Shown piece after piece: positions 55,498 through 64,000 of a DNA stretch of 64,000 bases (position 1 is its first letter; the number at the start of each line of letters is the position of its first letter). The notes beneath the pieces are model-generated. The model made no database searches and was not told the DNA's origin. It worked only from the letters and a program-made list of their open reading frames with translations. Source of the stretch: the human T2T-CHM13v2.0 reference genome, Homo sapiens; NCBI RefSeq assembly GCF_009914755.1, contig NC_060938.1. One strand, written 5' to 3'. The translations under genes were made by a program, and so were the position numbers.

Positions 55498-55820
55498 GAC
55501 CGGGCATTGGTGGCTCACACCTGTAATCCCAGCACTTTGGGAGGCCAAGGTGGGCAGATCACTTGAGGTCAGGAGTTCAAGACCAGCCTGGCCAACATGG
55601 TGAAACCCTATCTCTACTAAACATACAAAAACTAGCTGGGCATGGTGGTGCATGCCTGTAATCCCAGCTACGCAGAAGGTTGAGGCAGGAGAATTGCTTG
55701 AACCTGGGAGACAGAGGTTGTAGTGAGCCGAGGTGGTGCCACTGTACTCCAGCCTGGGTGACAGAGCAAGACTCTGTCTCAAAAAAAAAAAAGAAAGAAA
55801 GAAAAAAACCAGGAAAGAAA
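55498..55820 (+). mobile_element. AluSx/Sz inserted in the tail of the preceding AluJ
   Basis: Full dimer directly after the (GAA)/A tail. Confidence 0.93.
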
Positions 55821-56274
55821 AAGCAAGCTTTTGCAGGGGAAATGGAAAGTGAGCTAAGAGGGAAAGAGGAAGGAGAGTCTGGAGGGGAGGGGGCCCCTGG
55901 GTAGGAATACGCACTGAGAGCAAAGGGACGGGGGTCACAGTGTGCAGGCAAGATGGAGGACAGTGAAGAGGAAGAACAGGCTCATGAAGGGAGAGGTAGT
56001 GAAGGCAGGTGGTAAAAGTAGGCTGAGGGAACTGCCCCGAAGAGGCCAAGCATTGACACCCTAGGCATAGGAGTGACATGCTGTATTGGGGAAATGGATT
56101 ATGAGCAAACCAGATGAGTGGCATCTGACAAGTGCAGAGTCAGCAAGTTTCAAAGTTTTGAAGTAATAAAAGTATCATTAGGATAGGAGCACGTATGGAG
56201 CAGAAGGAATGGATACTAGAAATGTTCCTAGGTGGAATTATTAGGATTGGGATTCAGTATTGATATGGACATAC

Positions 56275-56576
56275 TTTTTTTTTTTTTTTTTTTTGAGACA
56301 GGCTCTTGCTATGTTGCCCAGGCTGGAGTACAGTAGTGTGATCATGGCTCACAGCAGCATCAACCTCCTGGACTCAAGCAATCCTCCCACCTCAGCCTCT
56401 TGAGTATCTGGGACCACAGGCATGCACCACCACACCCAGATAATTTTTGTATTTTTTGTGGAGACAGGGTCTCCCTGTGTTGCCCAGGCTGGTCTCAAAC
56501 TCCTGGGCTCAAATAATCCTCCTGCGTAAGCCTCCCAAAGTGCTGGGATTATAGATATGAGCCACCACACCCAGCC
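56275..56576 (-). mobile_element. AluJ
   Basis: Reverse dimer; TSD gacatac. Confidence 0.94.
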
Positions 56577-56599
56577 TGACATACATTATTGATTTACTC

Positions 56600-57960
56600 A
56601 TTTTTTCATTCACCTAGAAAATGTTTATTGAGTGCCTACTGTTGTGTCTTCCCTGCTCAAGGCACTTGAGATGTATCAGTGGATAAGACAAAGCTGCCTT
56701 CCCTTGGGGCACTGGCAGTCTAGTGTGTACAAATTGTAGTATATAAATAAAGTATATGTGTGGTAGAAGATGATAGGTGATGTGGAAATAAGAACAAGGG
56801 TAGGATCAGGCCTATGTAATGAGGTGACTAGACCATGAAACAGGGTGGTCAGGGTAGACCCCTTTGAGAAAGTGGGGTGTGAGCAGAGAGTTGAAGGAGT
56901 GGAAGTTAGCCAAGTGGGCATCTGGAGCAAAGAGTATTCCAAGCAGAGATAAAGCTGGAGCAAAGATCCCAAGACAAAACAGTGCCTGACTTGCTAGGGG
57001 GAAAAACAGGAAGGCAGACTTGCTAGGGGAAAAAGCAAGAAGGCTGGTGTCTGAAAGGGATTGAACGAGGTAGACAGTGGTCGGAGAGGCTGGAGACAGA
57101 ATGGGCATTGTAGGTCATTGCAAGGACTTGGACTTTTGCTGTCAATAAACCAGAAAGCTATTGGAGGATTTCCAACAGAAAAGTGACATGATCCAACTCA
57201 CATTTTAAAAGGTTCTCTTTGGCTGCTGTCTTAAGAATAGATAGGGCAAGGACAGAAACAGGAAAACCAGTTAAGAGGCTGTTGCAGTAATCAGGCAAGA
57301 GAAGATGGCTCAAACCAGGATGGCTACAGTAGAAGGGTGAGAAGAAGTCAGGCTCTAGATATATTTTGAAAATAGAACCAACAGGATTTCCTGACAGAAT
57401 AAATGAAGGGTTTGAAGGAGAGGATTGAAGGAGGACTCCAGTGCTTTTTGCCTAGGCAACTGGGTGTTGCTATCAGTTGAGACAGGGAAAGTCTTTATCA
57501 GGTAGAGTAGGATTTGGAGTAAGCTCGGGAGTTCAGTGTCACATACGATGAGTTTGGCATGTCTGTTGGAGATACTGAGTAGGTAGTGGGATATATGAGT
57601 GTGCAGTTTGGGAGAGAGAAGTGGTCTAAAATAGACATTTGGGAGTTAGCAGCACATGGGTGGTATTTAATGCTAGGACTAAATGAAATTGCCAGAGACT
57701 GGCAGAGAGAAAAGGCAGAGACTGTAGATAAAGAAGGCCAAGGCCCCCAGGCCTGGGCACCTCAACCTGAAAGCTGGAGAAAAGCAGGGGAAGTAGTAAA
57801 AGAAACTAAGGAGAAACCCTTGAGGTTGGAGAAAACTCAAGTGTGTGTGCCTTACAAAGCACATGAAGAAAATGTTTCCAGGAGAGAAGAGTGATCAACT
57901 GAGTAAAATGTTACAGATAGGTTAATGAGATGAAGACCAAGGATTGACCACTGGATTTAT
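56600..57960 (-). mobile_element. L2a long 3' fragment
   Basis: cattcac...atgtttattgagtgcctact start; tgtaggtcattgcaaggactt, agtgacatgatc, aggattgaccactggattta. Confidence 0.88.
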
Positions 57961-58170
57961 CAAAGAGGGATAACAGAGGTAAAACTGAGAGCACTTAGCA
58001 CATGGTAGGTAATTAAGGGATGAAAAAAGTTAATGACTCCAAAGAGATTGGAGGTAAGAGGGAGACAAACTGGCCACATGCTAGATTTTGGATGTATGTT
58101 TATGTTGAGATGTTGGAGCACTGAGATGGAGAAAAGTGATGTTTAGAAGGCATTAAAAATAGGTGATAGA

Positions 58171-58490
58171 GGCCGGATGCAGTGGCTCACTGTAATCCCA
58201 GCACTTTGGGAGACCCAGGCAGGCAGATCGCATAAGCTCAGGAGTTCCAGACCAGCCTGGGCAACGTGGTGAAACCACATCTCTATAAAAAATACAAAAA
58301 TTAGCCGGGTGTGGTGGTGTGTGTCTATAGTCCCATCTACTCAGGAAGCTGAGGAGGGAGGATCACTTGAGCCTGGGAGGTAGAGGTTGCAGTGACCCGA
58401 GATCACACCACTGCACTTCAGTCTGGGTGACAGAATAAGCCTCTGTCTCAAAAACAAACAAACAAACAAACAAAAAACAGAAGAAAAGAA
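58171..58490 (+). mobile_element. AluJb/Sz-like
   Basis: Full dimer; TSD aaaaataggtg; (CAAA)n tail. Confidence 0.92.
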
Positions 58491-59469
58491 AAAAATAGGT
58501 GCTATAGTTACACAGAGTTTTGAAGGACAGGATTAGAATAAGGATGAGTAGGAGCCAAAACCTAAGTCCTAATCTAATGAGAATCTACGTATTTTCATTC
58601 ATCGAGAGGCAAGAGTATCTTTTATTGGTTGCAGAGGTTAAGTCAAGTGACATCTCAAGGACCTTTTCTACCATGAGATAAGGGAAGAGTGGGTTGGGAT
58701 AGGTTGAAAAATCTGTTATGCAGCCTTTTGGATGACATCAGAGCACTTCAAAAGAAAGAGAAGAATGTATTTTTTTAGCACCTTGTTCTAGTAAGGCCAC
58801 TCAAGGGTATGCTGACTAAGAACAAGAATGTGTGTGTTCTTCACCACGAGCCTGTAGGACCAGACAGGATCAAGGTATTGGCTGTGACAAACCTTACACA
58901 AGGCTTGGTCAACTTTGTTTCACCCATCAAGAGCAATTAATTCCAAATATAGGCAGATAGAACCCGGATTAGCATCTCTAGGTTTGCTTCCTGTCTAAGG
59001 TCTGTTATAGAAGAAAAGTAAACCATTCAGGCAAAGAATAAGTATTTCCTGGCTTTCTTAAGAGCCTACAGAATTCCCCTGTGTGGTTGTCAGTGCTACC
59101 TCAGTTGCCCCAAACTGCCTTTCTGACCCTTGTCTGTTCTTCCCTGGTGGACCTGGACCTGGAAGAAATCTCTGTGCTACAGCTACAAATGAAACTTGTT
59201 TTTATTCAAATAATTGCAACACTTGACTTTTCTTTGCATTATTGACATTTGGATTTGAAAGCATGCTGGCCTTTGTTAGCCCAACATGAGGTAAGAACTC
59301 AGAAACTTTGGATACCTAAATTATGCCAAAATGCTCCATTTAATCTGTCCACTTCTACAGATTCATGGCACATTGTGGAATCTTAGTATTTATTTTATTA
59401 ATCTTGATTTTTTTCTGATGATAAAAATGATGTGTTTGGTACCATAGAAGATAAAAAGTAAATTAACAA

Positions 59470-59700
59470 TGATAGCACACACCTACATAGTGTTTACTAT
59501 ATATTGGGTACTGTTTAAAACCCTTTACATAAATATTAACTCATTGAATCCTCATAACCTCATGATGGTGGGTATTATTGTTATCCCCATTTAACAGCTA
59601 AGGGAACTGGAGCACAGAAAGGTTAGGTAATGTGACCAACATCACAGACCTACTAAGTAGTTCAGCTGGGATGTGAACCTAGGCAGTGAGGCCCCTGGAA
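59470..59700 (-). mobile_element. MIR
   Basis: attaactcattgaatcctcataac...tattattgttatccccattt.acag...gcacagaaaggttaggtaa. Confidence 0.87.
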
Positions 59701-60579
59701 ATCGATGTTATTACTTGCCTCTCCCTCCTAATCCTATCCTCAGAATTTGAATGAGTAGCTAGTAGACTCTTGCTTTTCTCTGACCCTGGATTTGGCCCCA
59801 TACAGACCCTCCAGCTTCCGTGGTCTCCACAGCCCACAGGTATAAGACCCTGCCTGAATTGCCCCATCTCTGTGACTCTCTGAAGCAGGGAGCAGTCTTT
59901 GCACCGATCCACACAACTCGGTGTCAGCTCTTAGCATTTTGTGTCAGTTTTTGGTCGCCATGTTCACCTATCCTTCCCGACTGTGAGCTCCTTGGGGATA
60001 GGGGTTGTATCTTCTTTATCCGTATTTCCCAGCACCTGGGATAATGTGTGGCTCAAAAAGTCACAGAAATTTTGGAAATGTCAAATTCCTGGCACAGATT
60101 CAGCTGCAGTGGCAGAGCACCTTGTTGGACGATGGCCGTCTCTTGCTAAGCCCAGATGTGGCCTCTGAATCATCCTCAATATGCCCCTCTAGGCAACCAC
60201 TATAATTCAATAAGAGATGGCATGTGAGCTGAAGCTTGTCTGCCCACCCTGCCATAAATGTTTGCTGAACAGTAGGGACTTAATAAATTCCTGAGCTCAC
60301 TAGGCACATGTTCATGAAAATAATGAATTTCCAAAATAAACAAGAAAATGTCCCTAGGAATTCACTAAATATTTGGTGATAATATTGATCATTTAGCCTT
60401 CTGTCATAATCACCTTAGTGACATTTATTGTTACTCTTGCTCCTTTTTGACTTATTTGACCAAATCAGTTTCAATACTAACAGACTTTTAAAAACATACC
60501 TTGATTATAGAGATAGTTACATGAATTTATACATGTGATGAACTGCCATAGTTACAAATGTATACCCAAAAAAACTAGT

Positions 60580-60790
60580 GATCGTAAAAACAGCTGAGAT
60601 CTGAATAAGGCCTGTAGTCTAGTTAGTTGTATTGCATTAATGTCAAGCTTCTGATTTTGATAATGCACTATTGATACGTAAGATGTCACCTTGGGGGAAG
60701 CTGGGTGATGGGTACATGAGACGTCTCTGGGTAGTATTTCTGCAATTTCTTGTAAATCTATAATTACGTCAAAATTAAAAGTTAAAAAAC
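60580..60790 (+). mobile_element. L1MC-type 3' end fragment
   Basis: aatgtcaa..ttctgattttgataat...taagatgtcacc.tgggggaagctgggtga.gggtaca...tgcaatttcttgtaaatcta. Confidence 0.8.
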
Positions 60791-62994
60791 AAAAATTACT
60801 TGGGATATTCAGTGCCTGGATTTTGGAGGGGTTCGGGGGAGGACATTGGTTTGGTCCTTGTTCTTGGTCTTCCTGAGGGGTAGAGGAAGTCCTTGCATTT
60901 ATGGAAAGGATGGCTGCTAGGCCTCATAGAGCCAACATCTGAAACTAAACAACTTCTGCAAGCAAAGTGGAGGACGAGTAGGAGTGAATCTCAGGGAAAG
61001 TGGCTCCCTTAGGAGCCCCTGATCTGCTACGGGAAAAAAACCTCCATTTCTCTCAGCCCCTAATGCGGCAAGAGTCAGCGATTTCAAAGGTACTTGTTTT
61101 GCTCATGAAGTCCTTCCTCTTCCTTTTGCCCTTCACCTTTTTTCACAAGGCCACAAACCACTTCAAGTGCATTTCAGTCAGCCTGTGAGAACCATCAGAA
61201 CACAGATATTCAAGAGAGGGAGAGACACCAGGCAGCTCAGCTCTAGATGGGTCTGGCAAGGAAAGAGGCCTTTGCAAATGGCCTCTTGGAACCTAAAAAG
61301 GAAGGGTGAAGCCTGGGGACCCTGATTCTATCTTGCAGGCTGCAGGTCATCCCCACCCAAAGCCTTTGGAGCCACTGTTGTAGTCTGGAGTTCCTTTGAA
61401 ATCTTTCATGGAATTATTTTGCCTTTTACCAGCAGACTTTCTTTCTCGGTGGAAAATTTCTTCCTCCCAAAAATCTAGCCAACCTGGCATGTAACTGAAA
61501 AATTCCATTATTTCCTTAACCCCTCATTTGCTCTTCAAAGAGGTAACTAATGAAAGAGTTGGTTTGCTTTCTTTGAGAAGCATTTATAACAGCTGGCATG
61601 GTATATTTTTAGCTTTAGCTTCCTTCCCCTTTGGGGGAAACTTTTTTTAGTATGGCACTGGCCTTCCTAATACATACTACATTGTAAACATGACTCAGTG
61701 ATATCTCAGAGGACTCGATGTTGCCACCGGCTGATCCTTCTCCTGTTTCCAAGAGTCCAGGGTTTTTACCGGACTGTGTTTTTCCTCATCATGCCTAGTG
61801 TCTGTTTTCCAAGGCTTGGGGAGGAATGATCAGAAAAATGCTGTAGTGGGCGAGAAGCCTGCTAGTTGATCATGTGTTGGAGATCCCTCTGCCTGGAAAA
61901 AGCCAGAGACCTCCATGGGCTGCATGCACCTTGGGTCATGAGGCTGTGCTCTCCATCCCCCATCCAGGAAGATTTTTTTAGACTTCAGTGACAGTGAGGG
62001 TTATTAAACACTAGATGAGCTACAGAGGAAGACAGTTGTGTTCTCATTCCCCACCAGACTTTAAAAATAGGATGGATTCTGGCTGGAATAAATGGCTTAA
62101 GTTGGACTAGCCTGGAAGAGGGGAGGAGGAAAGGGGAGATGAACAGGATGGCTTCTGTAAGACCCTTTTTGAGCCCTGTAGTCTTATGATTTCTGTTATT
62201 TCACAAGATTTAGAGTCATAGACTAACTATAGCTGTTCTACAAACAGACAGGAAAACTTTTAAATTTGCATTTACTGATTTTTTTTTCTTTTAAGATTTC
62301 CCGAGTAAACTCAGGCTACACTAAAGAAAGATGTCTCATGACTGTAGCTTACACATATCTTTGATATCTTTAATTTCAAAAAATTAAACCTTTGAATTTC
62401 ACGGTCTTAGGTACCGAGGTGAGGGTAAATGTTAGTGCCATCAACTATTGTCAATCTAGGGTATATTTTCTAACTGTTAAACACTAAATCTCATTCCGGC
62501 CATCTCCCATCCCCACCCCAGCTCTCAACATTCTATTAGGTAAAATACATTCTCAGGAAATCTCAGGTATCAGTCAGTTAAGAGCAGGGTGTGGAGATGA
62601 GGAAGCCAGGTGAGCAGGGGGCTCCAAAATCTGGAAAATGCTATAAAGGATTTTTGTGGGTTGGAGGAAGGCTAAAACTCCCAACATACTCCAGGGTAGT
62701 CATTCCTTGCTAAAACTTTGGACCATTTCCACAGACAAATTCCATGGCTAGAGCTAGACAGTGAAGCCAATGGGAGCACAGGGTTTGCTTTAGAGATTTG
62801 TTTCACAGCCAGCCTTTCTGAGATGCATCCTTTTGGAAAAGCCCAGCAAAACCCATATGGAGCTAAAAGATTTATAATGGATTACTTTATGCTTTAGTCT
62901 TCTGCTTTGCACAGTAAGACATTGCTATATAAAGGGAATTAATTATAAGGCTGTGAATAGTGTTTGAGAGATTCAAGTTGGTACATAAACAATG

Positions 62995-63135
62995 AGGCAG
63001 TCTTGATTAAGAACAACTTTGAAGTCAGACAAGTTGGTTTTAAAGTCCAGTTTTTCCAATAACTAGAGGTATAGTTATGGACAAGTTACTTGACCTCTAA
63101 GCCTCCTTTCCTCATCTATAAAATGAGAATAAATT
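62995..63135 (+). mobile_element. MIR fragment
   Basis: ctttgaagtcagac...ggacaagttacttgacctctaagcctc.tttcctcatctataaaatgagaataa. Confidence 0.78.
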
Positions 63136-64000
63136 TCAGTAGAAGGCTTCTTCATTGACTTGATCCAGATAGGTAGTTGATGCATTCATTGTACTAGCTG
63201 TTTAAAGAAGGGAATCATAACAAATAAGACTTTAAATGTATAATTTTATCTTAAAACATAAATATCTATATCCATTTTCAGCCTTTCGTATAGCATGATA
63301 GCCTTTTCTCTAAGAAGAGGGTACCTGACAGGTTGCTCTATGTCTTTCCTGCATAAATCATACCCTTAATACGTTACTGTCTTTGATTTCTTTAAAATGG
63401 AGCAGGAATTTAAAGGCATTTGCAAAAACATCAGAGCATAGACTCTCTAGATTCTAGTTTTTCTTTTTACAATTTAGCTTATAGTTTTCTCACTCACACT
63501 GAATTCAACAGTAGATTTTTAAGCAAAAATAATGAATATTTCTAAAGCATTTAAGTTTTTTTGCAGTTAACTTTATAACTTGTGTGTCATTGTTTCTGTG
63601 ATGTGTTTTAAAATTACATATTTACAGTAAGTACAACTGGCATAAACAGGCTTGGGAACAACCTGTTTGACCCTTGGTACACCTACAAGTCAGCTGGTGG
63701 GAGCAGAAGGGCACAAGTAAATTACAGTGCTAGGGGAGTCAGTAAGCCATGAGCATCAGTAAGTAGTTTAAAGGGAATGGAGAGTAGTGGTTGGTCCAGA
63801 AAGTTGGTTAAGTGAAGATGAGTTAAGAGAGCATTTAAGGGTGGTTGTGAGGATTAAATGAGAAATGTGTGTAAAGCACTTGCCAGTAGGATAGCCCTTA
63901 TTGTTGTCGTTATTACTGCTGGTAATAGTAAGGGTGCTTCTTCCACAAGCCCAGCCTCTGCAGTAAACTATGATGGAATAGGATCTCTGGGGAAGCCCTA

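Noticed and set aside
55453-56124. Longest ORF in the track (223 aa, - strand)
   Set aside because: Translation of Alu and purine-rich or L2-like sequence; typical Alu-derived peptide

Overview
Primate (hominoid-like) genomic DNA lying entirely within the SAMD4A (Smaug1) gene on the + strand. The only coding exon I can support is at 51236-51757 (522 nt, ag|GAATC...ACAA|gtaagt, phase 1-1). It is preceded by more than 51 kb of a very long intron and followed by more than 12 kb of the next intron. The rest is intronic and repeat-rich: about 23 Alus, plus MIR, L2 and L1M fragments, MLT1 and MER34-like LTRs, MER8/MER5A/MER33/Tigger DNA-transposon relics, a MamSINE1-like relic and microsatellites. 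The most interesting system is the circular-RNA architecture around the exon. It is bracketed by an inverted Alu pair and an older inverted MIR pair, and the back-spliced circle would be a stop-free 174-codon 'infinite' ORF. The exon appears to carry one more Ser codon than the human protein as I recall it. The long intron also holds candidate recursive-splice and poison-exon sites, enhancer-like motif clusters, a young AluY(e) and two fold-back-derived micro-duplications. Repeat subfamily names come from recalled consensus features, and boundaries of old repeats are approximate. All other ORFs in the track look non-genic.
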